Source: a virus
IMG/VR virus record: IMGVR_UViG_3300048033_000857
Location: 1 to 64,000 of that record
Reading direction: 5' to 3' (one strand)
Length of the DNA stretch: 64,000 nucleotides
Shown here: positions 39,185 through 46,804 of the stretch, piece after piece
How the letters are laid out: the number at the start of each line of letters is the position of its first letter
Position numbering within the stretch: position 1 is the first letter of the stretch
Position numbers and translations under genes: made by a program
Notes under the pieces: model-generated
Databases searched by the model: none
Seen by the model: only the letters and a program-made list of their open reading frames with translations
Told to the model about the DNA's origin: nothing

Positions 39185-39526
39185 TTAAAACTCCTCCGGA
39201 TAACCACGTGTAACTGAGTTACCACGCTTGGGCGACACTACCATCACCTGCTCTTTGAGGAAGTCACGATAGTCTGCATCGTCTGGCAGCTTGCTGATCC
39301 ACTCAGCTTCTGACTGCCACTCTACTGGAAACTCCTTAGCACCAATGCCATTCTCCATTGCAATTGCTGCAACGAACGCAACAGCATCCTGGATGCGATC
39401 CAAGTCCTGGACTAGGTAGTCACTGCCACCCTTCATCTTCCAGTATGCATTGCCTGAGGAGAACTTACCGTCCTCGCAGTGTGCGCCGTAGTTTTCAAGG
39501 AACTGTGTTGTGATTACGAAATTCAT
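39185..39526 (-). CDS. Early hypothetical protein
   Basis: TQFLENYGAH..YWKMKGG; GAGGG RBS. Confidence 0.72.
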   Translation of the reverse strand: MNFVITTQFLENYGAHCEDGKFSSGNAYWKMKGGSDYLVQDLDRIQDAVAFVAAIAMENGIGAKEFPVEWQSEAEWISKLPDDADYRDFLKEQVMVVSPKRGNSVTRGYPEEF

Positions 39527-39573
39527 TTGCAAACCCTCTTGCTGTTGCCCTAACTGTTATATACAGTATATGA

Positions 39574-39849
39574 TCACTTGCGCTCGATGTCAACCTTTTT
39601 CTGCATGAATTTGGAAATTAATTCCATGTCAGCTTCGGAGAAGTCGTTGCGGCCTGTGCCAAATGGAGCACCATAATGAGTGAGTGCATTGCCTACATGG
39701 CTTAGATCGTTGAGTGTACGCAAGCCGTTATCCGTTACACCTTTGAGTCCGTGGATCTTACCGTACTCTTCGGAGAAGTCCATCATCTCGCGTCCAATGG
39801 AGATCAGTTTGCGTTCTTGTGCTGTTGCTTCGTAGAATGATTGTGCCAT
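39574..39849 (-). CDS. Early hypothetical protein
   Basis: Start MAQSFY after GAGGGC and a promoter. Confidence 0.7.
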   Translation of the reverse strand: MAQSFYEATAQERKLISIGREMMDFSEEYGKIHGLKGVTDNGLRTLNDLSHVGNALTHYGAPFGTGRNDFSEADMELISKFMQKKVDIERK

Positions 39850-39956
39850 GTTTGCCCTCGTTTGTTTAATTGTTATATACAGTATACGCTCACTTAGAAC
39901 GTTTGTCAACCCCTAATTTGGGAGTCCGCTCCAATCATCACATGGATCATCATACA

Positions 39957-40244
39957 TTATGCTGGCTCCTCTTCACCAAAGGTTGCATCATCTAACTCGG
40001 CCAACTCTTCTACTTCACGACCTTCTGCGAACAACAACAACTCTACAGCCAACATCCGTGCTTGGTGCTTGGTCAACTCTATGTGATTGTGAAAGCCATC
40101 TGATGTAGTAGGTTTCTGGAAGCCTCGTGGTTTGCGTTGAGTTATCTGTATGCAAGTCAATCGATCCTTGCCACCCCAGAAGCGAGTCTGAGTCAATTCG
40201 TTCTGTGCTACACAGTCTGGGACGTTTCTTAATTCTGTTGACAT
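39957..40244 (-). CDS. Early hypothetical protein
   Basis: TRFWGG.DR..C.Q.T; promoter and GGAGGGC. Confidence 0.7.
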   Translation of the reverse strand: MSTELRNVPDCVAQNELTQTRFWGGKDRLTCIQITQRKPRGFQKPTTSDGFHNHIELTKHQARMLAVELLLFAEGREVEELAELDDATFGEEEPA

Positions 40245-40315
40245 TTGGATTGCCCTCCTAATTTCTAACTATACATACAGTATATGATCTAAAGTTGAGT
40301 TTGTCAACCCCTAAT

Positions 40316-40513
40316 TTAATCTAAATCACATTCCCACACATCATTGCGGAACTGTGCTCGCAGCGCACCTAGCGGATAGTCTGCGTGTTCGAACAGCATG
40401 TAAGGTGCACCATCATAGTCCAACTTGATTGTGTGTACAGTGACTTCGTCCATTGGCAACCACTTTGGTGCTTCGATGCTTCCGTTGTATGCTGAGTTGA
40501 ATACTTTGATCAT
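40316..40513 (-). CDS. Early hypothetical protein
   Basis: Promoter and GGAGGGC RBS. Confidence 0.65.
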   Translation of the reverse strand: MIKVFNSAYNGSIEAPKWLPMDEVTVHTIKLDYDGAPYMLFEHADYPLGALRAQFRNDVWECDLD

Positions 40514-40584
40514 TGGATGCCCTCCATTGCTTCTAACTATACATACACTATAGCACAGGATTCTTTACCTGTCAACCGAAAAAG

Positions 40585-40652
40585 TACGGGGAGGAGCAAT
40601 TAATTCTCCTACGATGAGGGCGGTCGCTTAGAGTATGCTACCACTCCCCGTA
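40585..40652 (-). ncRNA. 68-nt structured element 3' of tRNA-Leu with a GCCCUC loop
   Basis: 9-bp closing stem TACGGGGAG/CTCCCCGTA; internal CGACC-GCCCTC-ATCG and GGAG..CTCC hairpins; U-tract follows on the minus strand. Confidence 0.5.
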
Positions 40653-40655
40653 TTC

Positions 40656-40739
40656 TGGTGCCGCCACCGAGACTCGAACTCGGACGCCATAAGCGAGGGA
40701 TTTTAAGTCCCTTGTGTCTACCTATTCCACCATGGCGGC
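40656..40739 (-). tRNA. tRNA-Leu(UAA)
   Basis: GCCGCCA/TGGCGGC acceptor, anticodon loop CTTAAAA, long variable arm, GTTCGA, encoded CCA. Confidence 0.93.
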
Positions 40740-40844
40740 TTATGTCCACGCCAACCCCGGGCAAATCTATTAATAGTCCCAGAGCCTGACAGTCGCTATG
40801 TGATCTCCTACCTCAGCGTAATCGGTAAGGAACGCTGTCGTTGT

Positions 40845-40921
40845 TGGCCTGCCCTGCAGGATTCGAACCTGCGACCCACAGCTTAGAAGGCTGTTGCTCT
40901 ATCCAGCTGAGCTAAGGGCAG
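40845..40921 (-). tRNA. tRNA-Arg(UCU)
   Basis: CTGCCCT/AGGGCAG acceptor, loop CTTCTAA, GGTTCGAATCC, CCA. Confidence 0.93.
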
Positions 40922-40926
40922 TTATT

Positions 40927-41003
40927 TGGTGGGCCCTCCGAGACTCGAACTCGGAACCTACGGATTATGAGTCCGGTGCTCTAACCAATTGAGCTAAGAG
41001 CCC
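40927..41003 (-). tRNA. tRNA with CAU anticodon, probably Ile2 (lysidine type)
   Basis: GGGCTCTTAGCTCAATTGGTTAGAGCA..CTCATAA..GTTCGAGTC..CCA; lacks the initiator C1:A72 mismatch and GGG/CCC anticodon stem. Confidence 0.85.
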
Positions 41004-41011
41004 TTAGGATC

Positions 41012-41182
41012 TTACGATCCTGAAAAAGCAAACTCCTCTTGTATATCAGATTCAAACTGAGCAACCTTTTGCTCTGCTTCTTCGATCATGCCTAGCAAGA
41101 TAACATCTGCTAGGTCTGTGTTGTTGTGTATAATGCGGCGAACGCCTTCAAGTCTTTCGATCAGTTGTAGTTGGTCTACCAT
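41012..41182 (-). CDS. 56-aa early protein (not in ORF track)
   Basis: MVDQLQLIERLEGVRR...; promoter at 41237 and GAGGG RBS. Confidence 0.6.
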   Translation of the reverse strand: MVDQLQLIERLEGVRRIIHNNTDLADVILLGMIEEAEQKVAQFESDIQEEFAFSGS

Positions 41183-41251
41183 TCTGTTTCCCTCTTCGTT
41201 TCAACTTATATACAGTATGCACTCGAAAGCGCATACTGTCAACCATTATTT

Positions 41252-41734
41252 TTAGATATCGTAGCCTTGTGCCTTCAAGCGAGCCACTTCAAGTGTTACC
41301 TGAGTCTCCAAGTCGTCGAAGATTGGAAAGCCGTTTGCATCGTTGCCTACGTTATAACGATCGTGTACAATCCAACCTGCTGCGGTGTGCAGGTAAAAGT
41401 ATTCGCATCCGCTGTCTGTGTAGTATTCAACCATCTCCTGCACAGTGTCAAACTCTTGTGCGTCTACACGAGTCTCGCCACGGTCACGTCCGTAAAATAC
41501 AGTAACGCCTTCTTCCGGAGTGTCAAAGCTGTGTCCGCTGCCTGGCATTGGAAAAATTTCTTCTGCCATGTAGCTCTGATCGCCTAGCTCTACCATCTGC
41601 GCAATCTTGCGAGCCTGTTGGTAGTGCTCTTGCAGCGTACGGCCTGCGCCTACTACATAGCCATCATAGTGTGAATATTTTGCACGGATCTTGCCTTCTG
41701 GTGTTTTGTAACCAATTGCAGCTCTAGTTCCCAT
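41252..41734 (-). CDS. Early phage protein (MGTR..IG / H.DGY family)
   Basis: MGTRAAIG, YSHYDGY, YGRDRGE, EYFYL. Confidence 0.78.
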   Translation of the reverse strand: MGTRAAIGYKTPEGKIRAKYSHYDGYVVGAGRTLQEHYQQARKIAQMVELGDQSYMAEEIFPMPGSGHSFDTPEEGVTVFYGRDRGETRVDAQEFDTVQEMVEYYTDSGCEYFYLHTAAGWIVHDRYNVGNDANGFPIFDDLETQVTLEVARLKAQGYDI

Positions 41735-41780
41735 TGTAGTACCCTCTTTGCTAATTTATATATACACTATAACACAGCTC

Positions 41781-41990
41781 TTAGACTGTGTCAACCTCTT
41801 TTTCATACATTTCTACAGTTTCTTCAAACTGCTCTGCAAGCGAACGCAAGCTCATCATCGCAAACTCTTCTGTGATGCTGCCCGCTTCTGCTTCGTCTAG
41901 TGTCCGGATGCGTTCTGCCATCATCTCTGCGATTGCTTTATAGCTGCCACATTCACGTGCTGTCTTCATGCTGTGATCAATAAATGTCAT
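41781..41990 (-). CDS. Early hypothetical protein
   Basis: Promoter and GAGGGC RBS. Confidence 0.65.
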   Translation of the reverse strand: MTFIDHSMKTARECGSYKAIAEMMAERIRTLDEAEAGSITEEFAMMSLRSLAEQFEETVEMYEKEVDTV

Positions 41991-42053
41991 TGTGTTGCCC
42001 TCTTTGCTAATTTATATATACAGTATATGATCTAACTGCGGGGTTGTCAACCC

Positions 42054-42332
42054 CTAATTTGCATATTCACGATTCTTTTTGAGCTGCCACTTCTCTAGCA
42101 CAGGCAAGCCAAACTCGTCCTCGTCTACGCAGACATATGCCACAGTCTTCTTGACAATACCGTAACGGTAGCCTCGCATGCCGCACACGCCTTCGCCGCC
42201 TACCCAAACCTTGTGTGGGAAGTCTTCGCACATGCTGATCGGATCGTCGTTGACACTATACTCGAAATAGTTGCCGGTGTCCCGCTCTACGAAACAACCT
42301 ATTGGATCTTTGGTGTGTGTCCAGTATGCCAT
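42054..42332 (-). CDS. Early hypothetical protein
   Basis: G.F.E...GN.FEY, KKTVAY...DEDE.G; coupled to the upstream stop codon. Confidence 0.7.
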   Translation of the reverse strand: MAYWTHTKDPIGCFVERDTGNYFEYSVNDDPISMCEDFPHKVWVGGEGVCGMRGYRYGIVKKTVAYVCVDEDEFGLPVLEKWQLKKNREYAN

Positions 42333-42439
42333 TACTTGTGCCCTTTCAACAGTGCGTGAATCAGTTTGGCTTCTTTGCCTTTGATGCGAGGATCTTTTTT
42401 GATCGCTTCATCTACTGCTTTCTTGTTGTAAGTTGCCAT
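42332..42439 (-). CDS. 35-aa basic microprotein (not in ORF track)
   Basis: MATYNKKAVDEAIKKDPRIKGKEAKLIHALLKGHK*; promoter at 42495 and GGAGGGC. Confidence 0.65.
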   Translation of the reverse strand: MATYNKKAVDEAIKKDPRIKGKEAKLIHALLKGHK

Positions 42440-42496
42440 TGGAGCCCTCCGTTTGCCTAACTGTTAATAATACTATAACACCGAAGGGCTCACTTG

Positions 42497-42670
42497 TCAA
42501 CCTTTTTCTGCGATTTTTCTTCCGATCATGCTGAGTAGTAGACTGCGAGCAAGATCAACACGACCACAATCGATCTGACGCAACACTGCTTCAAGACTCT
42601 CCTGACTGGTGTCATAGCCACCTGCGTTAGGTTCAACTGCCCACAGCATAGGGTTCTCTGGTTTACTCAT
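42497..42670 (-). CDS. Early hypothetical protein
   Basis: Start MSKPEN overlapping the end of the upstream gene. Confidence 0.55.
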   Translation of the reverse strand: MSKPENPMLWAVEPNAGGYDTSQESLEAVLRQIDCGRVDLARSLLLSMIGRKIAEKG

Positions 42671-43208
42671 CTGCCATTTCTTCTTCTTTCCACATCTCGA
42701 AGTTCTCAACCAGAGCATACTCTTCGTCTAGGCGATTAAACAAGTCCGAACGCTCGTCTTCTGGCAGCTCGCATTGCTCTGTGAGGTTGTCGCAGTATTC
42801 GTCGCCACCTTCGCTATGCCAAAAGCCTGCAAAGTCCATACCAGGCTCGTGATAACTTGCCTGGATGTCACAGTTATCCATATCGTCACAGAACTGCTCG
42901 TAAGCACCAATAGGCGGAGCCCATGCACTGTCAAACCAACCAGTGATCTCGGCTGTTCCGTCTTCGTTGTCGATATACTCCAATCCTTCGTCGGAGACAT
43001 CCCACTTGGTGCCCCAACTGTTGACTCGCCACGAATACCAATCTGGACCGTCTGGGTTAGGAGCAGTTGTGCCTTCTAGCTCTTTAGGCATAGGCGCCAT
43101 TGCATTGAGTAGACCAAAGTCCTCGCCTACGTGAGCATCGTCCCACAGTTGCTTGATGGTCTCAGTTGGACCGGAGATTGTGATTGAGTTGTTGCACCAA
43201 TTTGGCAT
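42663..43208 (-). CDS. DUF1281/YubB ferredoxin-like family protein
   Basis: MPNWCNN, WYSWRVNSWGTKWD, FDSAWAPP, Y.EPG.DF.G. Confidence 0.78.
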   Translation of the reverse strand: MPNWCNNSITISGPTETIKQLWDDAHVGEDFGLLNAMAPMPKELEGTTAPNPDGPDWYSWRVNSWGTKWDVSDEGLEYIDNEDGTAEITGWFDSAWAPPIGAYEQFCDDMDNCDIQASYHEPGMDFAGFWHSEGGDEYCDNLTEQCELPEDERSDLFNRLDEEYALVENFEMWKEEEMADE

Positions 43209-43222
43209 AGTAGTTCTCCCTC

Positions 43223-43405
43223 TTAGTATTCGTCGATTAAAAATGCGTCTTCGTCTTCCTGGAAGCGTTCGGAAAGCTCGTTTGCGTCTAGCATGTCTTC
43301 AACTTCGTCTGTTGACATATACTTGAGTGCCATAGTCAGCATGTCTTCTGCTGATACTAGGCCTTCTTCTACCAATGCTAGTGCTGCGTCTCTTGAATCA
43401 AACAT
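43223..43405 (-). CDS. Small acidic early protein
   Basis: LKYMSTDEVEDMLDANEL; promoter and GAGGGC. Confidence 0.7.
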   Translation of the reverse strand: MFDSRDAALALVEEGLVSAEDMLTMALKYMSTDEVEDMLDANELSERFQEDEDAFLIDEY

Positions 43406-43556
43406 ATTGTTGCCCTCTTTTGTTTAACTTATACATACACTATAGCACGGGTGTATGCAGTTGTCAACCCCTAAATTAAACTTTTTTAAAGTGTGTTACA
43501 GCGGGGCCTGCGGGTGTGCGCACTATAGCACAGTGTGCGCTATAGTGCAAGTTTTT

Positions 43557-43829
43557 TTAACTTTCGTATTTTACTCCTACTAAGCGCAAATAGCGTCCTC
43601 CAAATGTAGTATGCACTTTGTCACATCCTACTAGCAGCTTTAACCATTTGCAGTCACCTTCTGTAAAACGTTCTCCTACAATACCAAAGCACAAGTTGCG
43701 TTTAGCTGCATCCTTAGCATTGTCTTTCCAAACTACGTTAGTCCAACTGTTCCAAAAACTAGCATTCTTTTCTGCTAGTACAGTTGCAACCAATTTACGT
43801 GCTTGTTTAGTGTTTAGTTCATAGCGCAT
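43557..43829 (-). CDS. Early hypothetical protein (GA/GG-free zone)
   Basis: Start MRYELN after GGAGGGC; no Pro. Confidence 0.68.
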   Translation of the reverse strand: MRYELNTKQARKLVATVLAEKNASFWNSWTNVVWKDNAKDAAKRNLCFGIVGERFTEGDCKWLKLLVGCDKVHTTFGGRYLRLVGVKYES

Positions 43830-43905
43830 ATAAAGCCCTCCATATGCTGTTACGTTATACAAGCACTATAGCATAAACTACAGTGCTTGTCAAGTGTTTT
43901 TTAAA

Positions 43906-44259
43906 TTATGTTTCTAAGCTAGCAACTCCGTCGTCTTGCATGCCTTGCTCCGTAAATGTTACGTCAAAGCCTAGCGCAACACTTATGCTCTCCTCAAAGC
44001 CATCGTCTGTGTATATGCGCCAATCGCCTGTGCCGTTTGCGTTGTGCTCCACATAAATCATTGTGCTAGTGTCGCCATCCTCATATGTCATCTCATGTAC
44101 TTCCACAGCACTAACACCTACACGCAAGTCACCTGCATATCCCCATATGCTGCTGCCGTTGCACTCCGCAAAGCCGTTTGCGTCCCAACGTGTTACAACA
44201 CAGCTATAGTCTTCGTCTGCGTGTGTTGTACGTGTTGTTTTGTTTTTTAATGTAAGCAT
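43906..44259 (-). CDS. Acidic early hypothetical protein (GA/GG-free zone)
   Basis: Start MLTLKN after GAGGGC; IYTDDGFE...FTEQGMQ; no Pro. Confidence 0.72.
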   Translation of the reverse strand: MLTLKNKTTRTTHADEDYSCVVTRWDANGFAECNGSSIWGYAGDLRVGVSAVEVHEMTYEDGDTSTMIYVEHNANGTGDWRIYTDDGFEESISVALGFDVTFTEQGMQDDGVASLET

Positions 44260-44351
44260 AGTTTGCCCTCTTTGCTTTGTTAACTTATACATACACTATA
44301 GCACAAGTGTGCGCTGCTGTCAACTAAAAAATGCTAACAGCAGCAACTTTT

Positions 44352-44702
44352 TTATGCAGCAAGCGCACTAGTATACTTTGCATAGTTGTTGCGTAGTTTA
44401 GCATACTGCGGATAAGCTGCGTCTGCTTGCTGCTGTAGCTTAAACAATAGCACACTGTTAGCACTAGTGCATGTGTAGTTGGGATAGCTTTTAGCTAAGT
44501 GTATAAACTGTTTAGCGGGCACACTTGTTAGCTGCACTGTGCTTGCATGCACACGGTAGTCGCTTGCTATGCTTGCGTTAGCAAACAAATACATAGTTAC
44601 GTTTAGCATGTTAGTGTTTTTGTTTACGCTTTTAACTAGTGCTAAACGCTGTGTGTTTTTATAGTTTACTAGTACTACGCTGTTACGTTTAATGTTTTGC
44701 AT
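44352..44702 (-). CDS. Basic early hypothetical protein
   Basis: Start MQNIKR after AGAGGGC; no Glu, Gly or Trp. Confidence 0.65.
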   Translation of the reverse strand: MQNIKRNSVVLVNYKNTQRLALVKSVNKNTNMLNVTMYLFANASIASDYRVHASTVQLTSVPAKQFIHLAKSYPNYTCTSANSVLLFKLQQQADAAYPQYAKLRNNYAKYTSALAA

Positions 44703-44794
44703 ATTATAGCCCTCTATGCTGTTAACGTTATATAAACAATATAGCACAAGCAGCGCACTTTGTAAAGTAAAAAATGCGCTGCTGTGTAAGTTTT

Positions 44795-45058
44795 TTATGC
44801 TAGTGCTTCAAATGCTTCATCTATTATATTATGCGCACTTGCGTCACTTGCAAAGCCCTCTTCTTCTGCAAAATCTATGCTGCTGCTACACATAATAACG
44901 TCTGTAAGCACATTAACGTTATGTGTTAAAAACACTTGCACAAGTGCGTCTGCTGTTTGTACGTCTGTTGCTACAACTGTGTTATTTACAGTTACAACAA
45001 TTGCAGCGTTGCAAGCGTTTAAAAATACGTTGTTTGTTTTTGTAGTTGTGTTTTGCAT
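44795..45058 (-). CDS. Early hypothetical protein
   Basis: Start MQNTTT; CSSSIDFAEEEGF. Confidence 0.68.
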   Translation of the reverse strand: MQNTTTKTNNVFLNACNAAIVVTVNNTVVATDVQTADALVQVFLTHNVNVLTDVIMCSSSIDFAEEEGFASDASAHNIIDEAFEALA

Positions 45059-45138
45059 ATTATAGCCCTCTATGCTTGTTAACTTATACATACACTATAG
45101 CATTAAAAGTGTAGTTTGTAAAGAGAAAAGTTTTGTTT

Positions 45139-45180
45139 AAAAACAAGCACTTAGCATTTTTCTTGTAAGTGCTTGTTTTT
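45139..45180. repeat. Inverted repeat made of two IHF-like sites (possible terminator)
   Basis: AAAAACAAGCACTTA ... TAAGTGCTTGTTTTT. Confidence 0.6.
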
Positions 45181-45185
45181 GTTAG

Positions 45186-45353
45186 TTAAATTTCCTCTAA
45201 GCAGCGTTCTACTGTGTCTACTACAACGTAAGCGTCTGCTGCTGCGTTAAGCAGTACTAGTGCTTTTTGTGCTTCTTCAAATGTAGCAAAAGCACTAGCA
45301 ACGCCTGTTGTTAAGTTACAAATAAAGTACGGAAAGTTTACAACGTTTTGCAT
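45186..45353 (-). CDS. 55-aa early protein (not in ORF track)
   Basis: MQNVVNFPYFICNLTTGVASAFATFEEAQKAL...; same leader as its two neighbours. Confidence 0.62.
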   Translation of the reverse strand: MQNVVNFPYFICNLTTGVASAFATFEEAQKALVLLNAAADAYVVVDTVERCLEEI

Positions 45354-45498
45354 ATTATACCCTCTATGCTGTTTAAGTTATACATACACTATAGCACAAA
45401 CGGACACAGCTGTCAACTACTAAATGCATTTAAACGAACAAAAGAACCCTTTGTTTTCAATAGGTTAGCACCTAAAGATTCCTAACGATATCAAACGG

Positions 45499-45831
45499 TT
45501 ACATGCTCCAGTATGTCTCGCTGCTAGGTGACATGTAGTTGGGTGTGTTAACTGGCTCCATAAACTCTTTGCCACCAAACCCCTCTAGCACACGGCGCAG
45601 CACTTTCTTCTCTATAGTAGTGTGGAAATAGTCTGCCTCTGCTATACCATAACGGAACACAGCATGATTCGGATCAGTCTTCAACAACCCCTCTGCCTTT
45701 GCAATTCGAGTGACTGCTGCCTTCGCTGCTGCCATTGTCTTGTAGCTGCAACGGTGATCCGGACGAGCAATACCTGTGCGATCTGGCTTGCCAATAATGT
45801 AGGTTGAAGTCTTTTCATATACGTAGTACAT
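45499..45831 (-). CDS. Early hypothetical protein
   Basis: YKTMAAAKAAVTR, NTPNYMSPSSETYWSM; promoter and GAGGGC. Confidence 0.75.
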   Translation of the reverse strand: MYYVYEKTSTYIIGKPDRTGIARPDHRCSYKTMAAAKAAVTRIAKAEGLLKTDPNHAVFRYGIAEADYFHTTIEKKVLRRVLEGFGGKEFMEPVNTPNYMSPSSETYWSM

Positions 45832-45879
45832 AGTAGTGCCCTCTTTGTTTCTAACTTATACATACACTATACAGTCATA

Positions 45880-46047
45880 CTAGCACCTTGTCAACCGATA
45901 TTTTCGTTTGAGTTCACTAAAATTCCCTCTCACATACTCATCGAACGTATACGGCTGAGTCTGACGCCATGCTTCCCATTCATCTCGGTTCTCCCAATAC
46001 TGAGTCCACAGATAGGCACGAAAAGGTTTCAATTTAAATTTATTCAT
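45880..46047 (-). CDS. Small hypothetical protein
   Basis: Start MNKFKL after GAGGAG; promoter at 46077-46105. Confidence 0.6.
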   Translation of the reverse strand: MNKFKLKPFRAYLWTQYWENRDEWEAWRQTQPYTFDEYVRGNFSELKRKYRLTRC

Positions 46048-46109
46048 CAGTTTCTCCTCTACACTGTAGTATATATAGTATACAACCAAACGACACCTTT
46101 GTCAAGACC

Positions 46110-46804
46110 ACAAGCAGCGGGGCCTATAGTATGTTCGAACTGCTCTATAGTGTATAGTTCATCCTATACACGCACTCGACACTATAAGTCATTGATATCA
46201 TTACACTATACACTATAGTAGAGTCACAGTGCGTGTATAGTGTGTATAGTGTGTATAGTGTGTATATAGAGGCCTCTGGCCGAACGGTAGTAAGTGTTTG
46301 AATAATAAGGGAATTATATACACACTCAAAACCGGCCTACAGCAGCGGGGCCTAGTAGGATCTAGAGTGGATTTATGGTAGAGATGGTTCAGGTTTTGGA
46401 TGAATTGGTGTGAATAAACCATTGATTTTTATACACTTTGGTGTACAATAACGCTAGGTTTTTATACACCATCTCGCGGTGACGAGAGGCATAGTTTAAA
46501 TACTTTTCGACCCATTTCTGTACGTCTAATATCTGTATGTTTTTGTACACCCTGTTAGATTATTCACGCATAATGCACACACAACCTAGCAGCGGGGCCT
46601 CTACACTAGCATGAGAGTGTGCAGCCACGCTCGCACAAGTGTCTCACTCTACTATAGTGTATAGTGTGTATAGTGCGCTACTGCTACTACTACTACTACT
46701 ACTGTAGTCTATAGTGTATAGCGTATATGCGTTAACCGTAGTGTATAGTTCGAACTCATCTATATACGTGCGCATGTATAGTGTGTGATCTAGCAGCGGG
46801 GTCT
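46110..46804. repeat. Non-coding repeat block: 4x GCAGCGGGG(C/T)CT, GTGTATAGT tandem, (CTA)n, IHF-consensus sites
   Basis: Motif at 46115, 46343, 46590, 46794; 9-mer tandem at 46233-46266; CTA run at ~46685-46702. Confidence 0.8.

Larger units (their letters stand above)
37205..46105 (-). promoter_or_regulatory. Array of ~19 leftward sigma70 early promoters
   Basis: TTGACA (plus-strand TGTCAA) at 37227, 37744, 39033, 39588, 39904, 40302, 40570, 41237, 41789, 42045, 42495, 43462, 43888, 44318, 45411, 45889, 46100 and TTTACA at 44761, 45117, each ~16-17 nt from a TATACT/TATAGT-type -10; several preceded by TTAGGGG. Confidence 0.88.

Noticed and set aside
46213-46422. 69-aa ORF with HYT repeats
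   Set aside because: Translation of the GTGTATAGT tandem repeat
46110-46804. CRISPR array from the repeated CAGCGGGGCCT motif
   Set aside because: The repeat is only ~11-13 nt, spacers are 200-250 nt and low-complexity, and no cas genes are present
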